From contig PEAD01000005.1 in the NCBI GenBank assembly GCA_002753335.1, positions 106,093-126,092 of the forward strand: a DNA stretch of 20,000 bases, written 5' to 3'. Shown piece by piece: positions 1 through 7,258 of the stretch; position 1 is the stretch's first letter, and the number at the start of each line of letters is the position of its first letter. A model generated the notes under the pieces. That model saw nothing but the letters and a program-made list of their open reading frames with translations. It had not been told where the DNA came from and ran no database searches. The translations under genes and the position numbers were made by a program. The DNA is from Nitrospirae bacterium MYbin3 (GTDB lineage Bacteria > Nitrospirota > Thermodesulfovibrionia > Thermodesulfovibrionales > Dissulfurispiraceae).

Positions 1-583
1 CGGCATAAAGTATTAGAGACTGGTCGAGTGCGCGTTCCTGCACTGAAGAGGGTTTCCTGCCATGCAGCAGATGCAAAATATGGCCTGCTATTGTTTCATC
101 GTCAGTTTCTACATCTATTCTTTTTCCGTTTTGGCTGTAGTGCCACCAGTACATCAGCACCGAACCGAATGAGGCGATAAGCCTGTCTATAATGTCGCGT
201 GTGCCTTGAATGTTCCTGTCGTCCTTCTCTGGCAGCACGCAGCCCAACATGGAGCAGGCTGTCCTCAAAACATCCATAGGATGAGCGGATGCAGGTATCT
301 GCTCAAGCGTCTGGCGCAGATTGACAGGAATGCCGCGCAGGCTCTTCAGCTTCCTGATGTATTCCTTCAGATCTGATGCAGAAGGCAGTTCGTCATGAAC
401 AAGAAGATGCGCCACCTCTTCAAAGGTGGCATGCGTTGCGAGTTCAACTATGTCGTAGCCGCGGTAATGCAGGTCATTGCCTGTGCGTCCGACTGTGCAG
501 ACCGCTGTGTTCCCTGCTATTACACCCGACAGCGCCACAGATTTTTTGACCTTGGTGCTTATCATTTCAACTTCTTTGCTCAT
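1..583 (-). CDS. prpC: 2-methylcitrate synthase (5' part; runs off the window start)
   Basis: Not in the ORF track. Manual translation from ATG 583 gives [45 protein letters not shown]..., the typical PrpC N-terminus, with a later [11 protein letters not shown] motif. ATGA overlap with the prpB stop; SD AAGGAGG upstream. Confidence 0.93.
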   Translation of the reverse strand, partial: MSKEVEMISTKVKKSVALSGVIAGNTAVCTVGRTGNDLHYRGYDIVELATHATFEEVAHLLVHDELPSASDLKEYIRKLKSLRGIPVNLRQTLEQIPASAHPMDVLRTACSMLGCVLPEKDDRNIQGTRDIIDRLIASFGSVLMYWWHYSQNGKRIDVETDDETIAGHILHLLHGRKPSSVQERALDQSLILYA

Positions 584-1458
584 TTCTTTTCCTCCTTAGA
601 AAAAATCGTGTCCAGTTTTTGTTCAAAGGCATGGTAATCGAGATAGTCATAGAGTTCTGCCCTTGTCTGCAGAATATCCACAACAGCCTTCTGCGAACCA
701 TCTCTGCGAATCGCTCCATACACATGAAGCGCAGCCTTGCTCATTGCTCGAAAAGCGGAGAGCGGATAAAGGACAAGAGAAACGTCAGAAGCCCTCAGTT
801 CTTCAACCGTGTATAAAGGAGTGGAACCGAACTCTGTGATATTTGCAAGAACAGGGACCTTGACCGCAGCCGCAAACCGCTTGTACATGGACAAGTCTGT
901 CATAGCTTCCGGAAAGATCATATCAGCGCCTGCTTCGACACATGCGCAGGCCCTGTCGATTGCAGCCTCCAAGCCTTCGACCGCAAGTGCATCAGTTCTG
1001 GCCATTATCACAAATTCGGGGTCTGTTATAGCGTCAACCGCCGCCTTAATCCTGTCAACCATCTCATCCTTGCTGACTATAGCCTTGCCCGGACGATGGC
1101 CGCAGCGTTTTGCCTGCACCTGATCTTCAATATGCACAGCCCCTGCACCCGCTTTAATCATGGCTTTGATTGTACGCGCTATATTGAAAGCCCCTCCCCA
1201 ACCTGTATCAATGTCAACAAGAATAGGCAGCTCGGTGATATCGGTTAAGCGATTAAGGTCTGTAAGCACATCATCAAAACTGCTTATGCCGAGGTCCGGC
1301 ATGCCCAGCGAGCTTGCGGCAACTCCTCCGCCCGACAGATAAAGGGCCTTAAAACCTGTGCGCTCAGCAAGACGCGCAGCATAAGCGTTTATTGCCCCGA
1401 CAACCTGAAGCGGCTTTTCGTTCTTTACCGCCTCTCTAAAACGGGCTCCCTGACTCAT
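580..1458 (-). CDS. prpB: 2-methylisocitrate lyase
   Basis: Catalytic KRCGH motif, [18 protein letters not shown]; 292 aa; directly upstream of prpC; SD GAGGAGG. Confidence 0.97.
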   Translation of the reverse strand: MSQGARFREAVKNEKPLQVVGAINAYAARLAERTGFKALYLSGGGVAASSLGMPDLGISSFDDVLTDLNRLTDITELPILVDIDTGWGGAFNIARTIKAMIKAGAGAVHIEDQVQAKRCGHRPGKAIVSKDEMVDRIKAAVDAITDPEFVIMARTDALAVEGLEAAIDRACACVEAGADMIFPEAMTDLSMYKRFAAAVKVPVLANITEFGSTPLYTVEELRASDVSLVLYPLSAFRAMSKAALHVYGAIRRDGSQKAVVDILQTRAELYDYLDYHAFEQKLDTIFSKEEKK

Positions 1459-1525
1459 AATAATTCCTCCTCAAGCTAATATATTGGTTATTTGACAGCT
1501 CTTGAATAAGACAGATTACATTATT

Positions 1526-1541
1526 TGCAAGAGATATGCCC
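1526..1541 (-). promoter_or_regulatory. Sigma54 (-24/-12) promoter of prpBC
   Basis: Minus strand reads GGGCATATCTCTTGCA: exact GG-N10-GC spacing, close to TGGCAC-N5-TTGCW. Enteric prpBCDE is known to be sigma54-dependent. Confidence 0.7.
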
Positions 1542-1593
1542 GAAATATGATTAAATTGAACTTGTTGTTTTTAAAGAATTCGATAAAAACAGG

Positions 1594-1643
1594 ACTGCAC
1601 TATATTGCAGTTTGATCATTAATAGTGCATGCAATATTCTGCA
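1594..1643. promoter_or_regulatory. Two palindromic TGCA-N6-TGCA boxes, candidate enhancer (UAS) for a sigma54 activator
   Basis: ACTGCA-ctatat-TGCAGT (1594-1611) and TGCA-atattc-TGCA (1630-1643); cores 34 bp apart, about 55-100 bp upstream of the -24 box. Confidence 0.55.
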
Positions 1644-1668
1644 CTGCGAATTAAAAAGTTTAAAATCG

Positions 1669-2604
1669 TCAGTTGCTGCTTTCGGTTTCCTGAAAATCTT
1701 CGTCAGTAAAAACAAGATTGTGGCCGTAAGCCTTGCCGCGCTCAAGGATATACAATGCCCTGCCGGTTATTGTCTGAATAGTATCTTCCGGCATTGAAAC
1801 CGTGGCCCCCATAGTTAATGTAACCTTGACCACAAGCTGCTCGTGCACCTCAACAAAAGAGTTTTCTATTATCAGGCGTAATTTATTTGCCACGCTCACC
1901 AACTGCTGCTGATTTATATGGCTTACAACCGCAAGGAAATCCTCTTCCCCCCATCGGCCGACAAGATCCCATGATCTGACATTACCCTCGAGAGTTCTAG
2001 CAACCATATTGAAAACCTGCTGCTCGATTTCGTGCGTAAATATTTCGTCTATGTCCCTCAGATCGTCAACAGATATGAGAATTATCCCAAACGAAATATT
2101 ATGTTTTTGTTTGTGCTCAAGGCTCGACCTTAGCTTCATCTCAACATATTTCTGATTCGCAAGTCCTGTGAAAGAATCTATAAGGTCAGCCTTCTTAAGA
2201 TCCTCTATAAGCTCTTCATCAATATTTCTGAATACATTTTCTCTGAAAACCTCTATTGCGCCGACTATATTACCCTTTGAGTCTGTTACAGGAGTTATGT
2301 GAATCCTCACAGGAACTCGGTGACCATCCTTGTGGCGGATATACACGTCTCCGGAGTTTTCGCTGCAGGTGCACATCGACTTGTTGAATACACAGTTAAG
2401 CATGCAGAGGTCATTTCCATTCCTATCCAGATGCGTCAGTATGCCTCCGGAGCATCGAGCACCGATTATGTCAGCTTCGCTGTAGCCGGTTATCCTCTCG
2501 GCGCTCTTATTCCAATGAAGAATACGCTTTTGATTATCTATAAAATAGACGCCCTCATGCACCGAATCGAACAACTGATGATAAAATTCAATCAATCCCA
2601 ACAT
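1669..2604 (-). CDS. PAS domain + degenerate GGDEF-domain protein
   Basis: N-terminal PAS (EGVYFID...WNKSAERITGYS...HKDGHRVPV) and a C-terminal GGDEF fold (DSFTGLAN, RSWDLVGRWGEEDF, VTLTMGAT). The active site reads GEEDF. Confidence 0.88.
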   Translation of the reverse strand: MLGLIEFYHQLFDSVHEGVYFIDNQKRILHWNKSAERITGYSEADIIGARCSGGILTHLDRNGNDLCMLNCVFNKSMCTCSENSGDVYIRHKDGHRVPVRIHITPVTDSKGNIVGAIEVFRENVFRNIDEELIEDLKKADLIDSFTGLANQKYVEMKLRSSLEHKQKHNISFGIILISVDDLRDIDEIFTHEIEQQVFNMVARTLEGNVRSWDLVGRWGEEDFLAVVSHINQQQLVSVANKLRLIIENSFVEVHEQLVVKVTLTMGATVSMPEDTIQTITGRALYILERGKAYGHNLVFTDEDFQETESSN

Positions 2605-2805
2605 ATCGCAGCCCCATTCATTGTATTTTGATTAAGAATATCATATTGGCATTGATTATTTAAAGAAAACTGAAATGTACGATTTGCCATTCGTTCCCTT
2701 GCACAACAATACAAAAATAGTGTACCATCGTGAATACATGATTATTTACCTTTAATTACAGGGTGTTGCATTCGTCAGAGGGCAATATATTTCGGGGAGG
2801 ATATT

Positions 2806-3171
2806 ATGCGGAAATTTTTCATCTGCTGCACAATCATAATCTTATTCATGGCATCAATAGCGGACGCTGCAGACTGGAAGCTTTACTCGGCAAATGAAGT
2901 TTACAAATACTTTTACGATGCATCCAGATTAAAGCGCACCGGCCAGAATATTTTTAAGGTTAAGGCAAAAGAAGTTGCCGGAAACAATATGACACTGGTG
3001 TTGGCAGAAATAAACTGCAACACAGAAGCGATAAGGGTTCACTCGATCACAATTTATGATGTGGCCACAAACAAAGCCATCCATTCATACAAATATGATG
3101 CTCCACCGTGGGATTTTGTTCATCCTGAACCTGAAGGAGAATCACTGACAAAAGCTGTCTGCAAAAAATAG
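2806..3171 (+). CDS. Small secreted protein, resembles the surface-adhesin E-like family
   Basis: Signal peptide ending ADA-ADW; W...Y.D, EINC, W..V.P and terminal VC pattern; SD GGAGG. Family call is from pattern recall only. Confidence 0.65.
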   Translation: MRKFFICCTIIILFMASIADAADWKLYSANEVYKYFYDASRLKRTGQNIFKVKAKEVAGNNMTLVLAEINCNTEAIRVHSITIYDVATNKAIHSYKYDAPPWDFVHPEPEGESLTKAVCKK

Positions 3172-3210
3172 AGCGCTGTTTTATGCGGGCAACTGCCGTT
3201 CTATTTGGCT

Positions 3211-4446
3211 TTAAATTTCTTCTATACGCTCTCTTAAAGACATTAATAATACAAGCCCCGGGATTGCTGTTAGTACGGTTACAAAAAAGAATGCAGGCCA
3301 CCCTATTCCCTCAACCACAAAACCTGCTGTCGGAGCTATAAAGGTCCTTCCAAGGGCTGCCAACGAAGATAATACTGCGTATTGAGTGGCGCTAAACTGT
3401 TGATTGCAAAGAGACATAAGAAGAGATACGAATGCTGCGGTACCCAAGCCTCCGCAGAGATTTTCGAAACCAACAGCAAAAATCAGCATGGCGTAACTTT
3501 TGCCTGCCCAGGCAAGAAGCATGAATGAGAAATTAGACAAAGCCTGCAAAATTCCGAAAAACATAAGAGAGCGGTATAGCTTTAGCCGCACCATCAATGC
3601 ACCGCCTGCCAATGCACCAAGTATAGTAGAAATAAGCCCTAAGCCCTTGTTTATGGTTCCTACCTCGGTTGGAGTAAATCCGACGCCTCTTATCAAAAAA
3701 GCTGTGGTAAGGCTTCCGGCATATGCATCACCCAATTTGTAAAGAATGATAAGGGCAAGCATTAATATTGCCGCATCCCTCGAAAAATAGTCCTTCAATG
3801 GCCCCAAAACAGCTTGTTGTAATGTCTTAGGCGAATGAATTTGTCCGTCAGGTTCGGGGCCTAAAAAAGTTCCGCAGAGGCCTAGTGCCATAACCAGAGA
3901 CATGAACATATAGGTGGACTGCCAACCGATGCGGTCTGCAATTATCAGTGCCAACGCACCAGATACCAGCATAGCAATACGATAACCCATAACAGATACA
4001 GCAACACCAGCCCCCCTTTCGGAATCTTGCAGCACGTCTGTTCTATAGGCATCGATCACTATGTCTTGAGAAGCTGATAAGAAAGCCAATGACAGGGCAA
4101 GAATGCTCAATGCAACAGGTGCAGACTGAGGAGTTAAGAGAGAAATTGCAGCCATATTAGCCGCAATCAATATTTGGGCAAGGAGTATCCAGCCGCGCCT
4201 CCTTCCGAGCCAAGGAAGACTGAAGCGGTCCATCAAAGGAGACCAAAGAAATTTTACCGTATAAGGAAGTCCAACCGCTGACAAAAGCCCGATGGTCACC
4301 AGGTCTATGCCTATAACCGTAAGCCATGCCTGCAAAGTGCCGGCAGTCAGCGCAAGCGGCAGCCCTGATGAAAAACCGAGCAGCATAACCGCAGCTATGC
4401 GCCTGTTTCTGAATGCCTCAAAATATGGAGCTAATGTATTCCTCAT
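3211..4446 (-). CDS. ampG: AmpG-family muropeptide MFS permease
   Basis: LLGFSSGLP, KFLWSPLMDR, GRRRGW, SASQDIVIDAYR, YKLGD and ATQYAVLSSL motifs; many hydrophobic segments. Confidence 0.95.
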   Translation of the reverse strand: MRNTLAPYFEAFRNRRIAAVMLLGFSSGLPLALTAGTLQAWLTVIGIDLVTIGLLSAVGLPYTVKFLWSPLMDRFSLPWLGRRRGWILLAQILIAANMAAISLLTPQSAPVALSILALSLAFLSASQDIVIDAYRTDVLQDSERGAGVAVSVMGYRIAMLVSGALALIIADRIGWQSTYMFMSLVMALGLCGTFLGPEPDGQIHSPKTLQQAVLGPLKDYFSRDAAILMLALIILYKLGDAYAGSLTTAFLIRGVGFTPTEVGTINKGLGLISTILGALAGGALMVRLKLYRSLMFFGILQALSNFSFMLLAWAGKSYAMLIFAVGFENLCGGLGTAAFVSLLMSLCNQQFSATQYAVLSSLAALGRTFIAPTAGFVVEGIGWPAFFFVTVLTAIPGLVLLMSLRERIEEI

Positions 4447-4527
4447 GATTGCCAGCTTTTTCTTTTAATCTATGTTTATGATAAACTTTTCGGCATTGTA
4501 TGTTGCAATATATTTTTGAAAGGATAA

Positions 4528-5085
4528 ATGATACTCAATACTTCAATATATAGATTATCAGCAATTTTCTGGTTTATTGTATTCACATTATTCCCATCAG
4601 ACATATTTGCAGAGAGCGCTTTTAAAACTTACGGCAATATCGGACAGATTGCTCTTCCTGCTGCTGCTCTGTCTTTAACCGCCATAAAAGAAGACAAAGA
4701 TGGAGCTATTCAATTTACAAAAGCATTTTCCGCCACAACAGCGACAACTTACGCTCTTAAATATTCTATCAATGAAACAAGACCCAATGGCGGAAAACAT
4801 TCATTCCCCTCAGGACATACTGCTTTTGCTTTTGTGGGCGCTGCATTTTCACAGCAAAGATACGGCTGCAGCTATGGCATCCCTATGTATATCGCAGCAA
4901 CATTAGTCGGAGCAAGCAGACTGACCAGCAAAGAACACCATTTTCATGACGTTGCTGCAGGTGCGGTTATAGGCATCGGAGCAAACATAATCTTTACTAA
5001 AAAATTCAAGGAAAACAAGCTGGCCCTTATACCAATGATTGCTGATAATGGCGGTGGAGCAATGTTTCTTTATAGTTTCAAATGA
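4528..5085 (+). CDS. PAP2-family phosphatase (lipid A / lipid phosphate phosphatase-like)
   Basis: All three PAP2 motifs: K-x6-RP (KYSINETRP), PSGH, SR-x5-H-x3-D (SRLTSKEHHFHD); N-terminal signal-like segment. Confidence 0.9.
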   Translation: MILNTSIYRLSAIFWFIVFTLFPSDIFAESAFKTYGNIGQIALPAAALSLTAIKEDKDGAIQFTKAFSATTATTYALKYSINETRPNGGKHSFPSGHTAFAFVGAAFSQQRYGCSYGIPMYIAATLVGASRLTSKEHHFHDVAAGAVIGIGANIIFTKKFKENKLALIPMIADNGGGAMFLYSFK

Positions 5086-5159
5086 CGTTAACATTAAAAA
5101 ATCCAACGACTATATCACCCAACTTTAAAAACAATATTTTATAAGAGCCCTCTAAAAAA

Positions 5160-5188
5160 TTGAATTAAATTAATAGGTAAGTTAGAAT
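5160..5188 (+). promoter_or_regulatory. Sigma70-type promoter for tRNA-Ser
   Basis: TTGAAT-17 bp-TAGAAT, ending 48 bp upstream of the tRNA, with AT-rich sequence upstream. Confidence 0.55.
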
Positions 5189-5236
5189 AAATGTTATTGG
5201 ATTTTCCGTTCTTTTTAGAAAAAAAATCTGATAGTT

Positions 5237-5332
<96 letters not shown>

Positions 5333-5349
5333 ATGCTCTTACCCATTAG

Positions 5350-5383
5350 AAGTGTTTGCAATCTGTAACACCTTATTTTCTTT
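5350..5383 (+). terminator. Possible weak intrinsic terminator after tRNA-Ser
   Basis: Imperfect hairpin GTGTTTGCA-atc-TGTAACAC followed by CTTATTTTCTTT. Confidence 0.35.
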
Positions 5384-5521
5384 CCCATGCAGCAAGTTCT
5401 GCGTGTTGTCTCCGTATACTCCTGAGGTATTCCGTTCTGTATCAACGTTTAGCTTGTAGGTAGAGTTGAGAGATCTGCCTAACAAAAATCTTCAGTCAAT
5501 CTACGTAATAACTCTTTGCAC

Positions 5522-5576
5522 AAAAGCAAAAATACAAGCTACTTATTTTGCTTTTAGGCAAATAAGTTAGTATAAT
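5522..5576 (+). promoter_or_regulatory. Sigma70 promoter of the ATPase gene with an overlapping inverted repeat
   Basis: TTGCTT (5548-5553)-17 bp-TATAAT (5571-5576). Inverted repeat AAAAGCAAAA (5522-5531) / TTTTGCTTTT (5546-5555) covers the -35. Confidence 0.7.
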
Positions 5577-5582
5577 AACTCA

Positions 5583-6755
5583 ATGCTGAAAATCAGAACT
5601 CTCACACCATATATAGCGGAAGATCTGAAGCATAAGATGGTTTTTGTGGGTGGACCGCGCCAAGTAGGCAAGACAACCCTCTGCAGGAACTTAGTTGCTG
5701 CATCTTTTCGGAATCACGCATATTTCAATTGGGACAACAGGACTGACCGAAGGAAGATTATGTCGGCATCGTGGCCCGGTGATGCTGAACTTTTAATCTT
5801 TGATGAGATCCATAAGTATCGGAAGTGGAAGGGACTAATTAAGGGTGAATACGATAAGCTGAATGACAGGTTCAAGTTTCTAGTTACCGGCAGTGCCAGG
5901 CTTGATCTTTACAGAAAGGGTGGCGATTCCTTACAGGGAAGATATCATTACTACAGGCTTCACCCCTTTGCGCTGGCCGAGATGGAAAACATTCCCTACA
6001 AGGCCTCGGTGTTAGGTGAAATACCAGTAGGGCAGGAGTTTTATCAGGATACTTTGAATGTTCTAGACAGTTTTGGAGGATTTCCAGAGCCAGTCACCGG
6101 ACAGAGCAAACGTCAGCTTAGGCGTTGGCATAATGAGAAGATCGAAAGAATGTTTCGGGAAGACATAATGGATGTCCAGACAATCAGGGATATAGGCAAC
6201 ATGAAACTCTTGAGCGACATACTGCCAACAAAGGTCGGCTCTCTTTTATCGCTCAATGCGATACGAGAGGATCTGGAGATCAGCCATCGTGCCGTAAGTC
6301 ATTGGATGGATATTCTTGAGACTTTCTACTACCAGTTTCGTATATATCCATACTCGACAAAGACCATACGGTCTCTTAAAAAAGAGCCTAAATTATACTT
6401 ATGGGATTGGTCGGAGGTTGAGGATGAGGCTGCACGCTTTGAAAACCTCATAGCGTCTCATCTTCTTAAATTCGTGCATTTCATCATAGACCATGAAGGG
6501 CACAAGGCGGAACTGAACTATCTGAGAGATGTAGACAAGCGTGAAGTGGATTTCCTTGTGACGATCAATAAAAAACCCTGGTTTGCTGTTGATTGTAAAC
6601 TCAATGATACTTCTTTATCATCAAACCTGCTTTATTTCAGGGACAGGCTAGCTATTCCATATGTCTATCAGGTGGTAAAAAAAGACAAAACGGACAGTAT
6701 CGAGAAAGGCGCCAGGATTATTTCGGCTGGAAGATTCCTTTCAGGCCTTGTTTGA
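5583..6755 (+). CDS. AAA_14-type ATPase with C-terminal DUF4143 (PD-(D/E)xK-like) domain
   Basis: Walker A GPRQVGKT, Walker B LLIFDE, VTGS, GGFPEP, HTH-like LSLNAIREDLEISHRAVSHWM, PKLYLWD, FENLIA and EVDFL...AVDCK. Confidence 0.9.
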   Translation: MLKIRTLTPYIAEDLKHKMVFVGGPRQVGKTTLCRNLVAASFRNHAYFNWDNRTDRRKIMSASWPGDAELLIFDEIHKYRKWKGLIKGEYDKLNDRFKFLVTGSARLDLYRKGGDSLQGRYHYYRLHPFALAEMENIPYKASVLGEIPVGQEFYQDTLNVLDSFGGFPEPVTGQSKRQLRRWHNEKIERMFREDIMDVQTIRDIGNMKLLSDILPTKVGSLLSLNAIREDLEISHRAVSHWMDILETFYYQFRIYPYSTKTIRSLKKEPKLYLWDWSEVEDEAARFENLIASHLLKFVHFIIDHEGHKAELNYLRDVDKREVDFLVTINKKPWFAVDCKLNDTSLSSNLLYFRDRLAIPYVYQVVKKDKTDSIEKGARIISAGRFLSGLV

Positions 6756-6767
6756 AAAATACTGATT

Positions 6768-6881
6768 GCCGATTGACTGTTTAGGGTTCATCGCCATCCA
6801 ATGCCATGATATGAAGGCTTGTGCATCTGGATTACGACCACCACCACTGTTGCAAGGAATGCAACTTAAACAGTTAGTGGC
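6768..6881 (+). repeat. Long imperfect inverted repeat (structured RNA or degenerate MITE/REP-like element)
   Basis: GCC-G-ATTGACTGTTTAGG (6768-6785) can pair with CTTAAACAGTTAGT-GGC (6865-6881): 17 bp with 3 G-U pairs and one bulge. Confidence 0.55.
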
Positions 6882-6986
6882 CAGCTATTGCATTACATCT
6901 GTTTTTCCCATTTGTTTTGTTATAGGATATAACACATTTACTATTATCTGATATCTGAAACTGAGTGGACTATTCCCGTTGACATA

Positions 6987-7008
6987 ACTCGTTCCGTACT
7001 CGTTCCGT
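6987..7008 (+). repeat. Perfect tandem 11-bp direct repeat ACTCGTTCCGT x2
   Basis: Read directly; ends 33 bp inside the right att site. Confidence 0.9.
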
Positions 7009-7012
7009 TTTA

Positions 7013-7021
7013 TGCTATAAT
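7013..7021 (+). promoter_or_regulatory. Extended -10 promoter pointing out of the islet toward ffs
   Basis: TGCTATAAT is a perfect TGnTATAAT. A perfect TTGACA lies at 6979-6984, but with a 31-bp spacer. Confidence 0.6.
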
Positions 7022-7041
7022 CCTTTGTTGCATGCGGGCTG

Positions 7042-7076
7042 CCGAGGGTTCGAATCCCTTCCTCTCCGCCATGATT
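7042..7076 (+). repeat. attR-like direct repeat (displaced tRNA-Ser 3' fragment)
   Basis: CCGAGGGTTCGAATCCCTTCCTCTCCGCCATGATT; one C>T difference from 5298-5332; no tRNA 5' half upstream. Confidence 0.93.
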
Positions 7077-7086
7077 TTCTATATCC

Positions 7087-7184
7087 GGGGGTCGGCCCTG
7101 CGCAGCAGGCCGGTGTGAACCCCGCCAGATCCGGAAGGAAGCAACGGTAAGCATTATGTCTGGGTGCCGCAGCAAGCCGGTCCC
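7087..7184 (+). ncRNA. ffs: Signal recognition particle RNA (small bacterial SRP, 4.5S)
   Basis: Conserved helix-8 motif CAGATCCGGAAGGAAGCAAC with GGAA tetraloop; ends pair (GGGGGTCGGC...CTGCG / CGCAG...GCCGGTCCC); usual position upstream of dnaX. Confidence 0.95.
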
Positions 7185-7258
7185 ATTAAGCATCTGCCGA
7201 CCGCCGAATATAGAAAATATAACAACTAAACATTGCATTAACCTTTTACAATAAAAAA

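Noticed and set aside
5333..5520. Integrase remnant inside the islet
   Set aside because: The frames I translated by hand gave short peptides without tyrosine-recombinase catalytic motifs. A non-conserved C-terminal tail cannot be excluded; tBLASTx would settle it.
6766..6951. 61-aa ORF after the ATPase
   Set aside because: TTG start without SD, no motifs, and it coincides with the inverted-repeat element.
7031..7071. Second tRNA gene
   Set aside because: Only the T arm, acceptor 3' strand and CCA are present. There is no D arm, anticodon arm or 5' acceptor strand, so it is an att duplicate.
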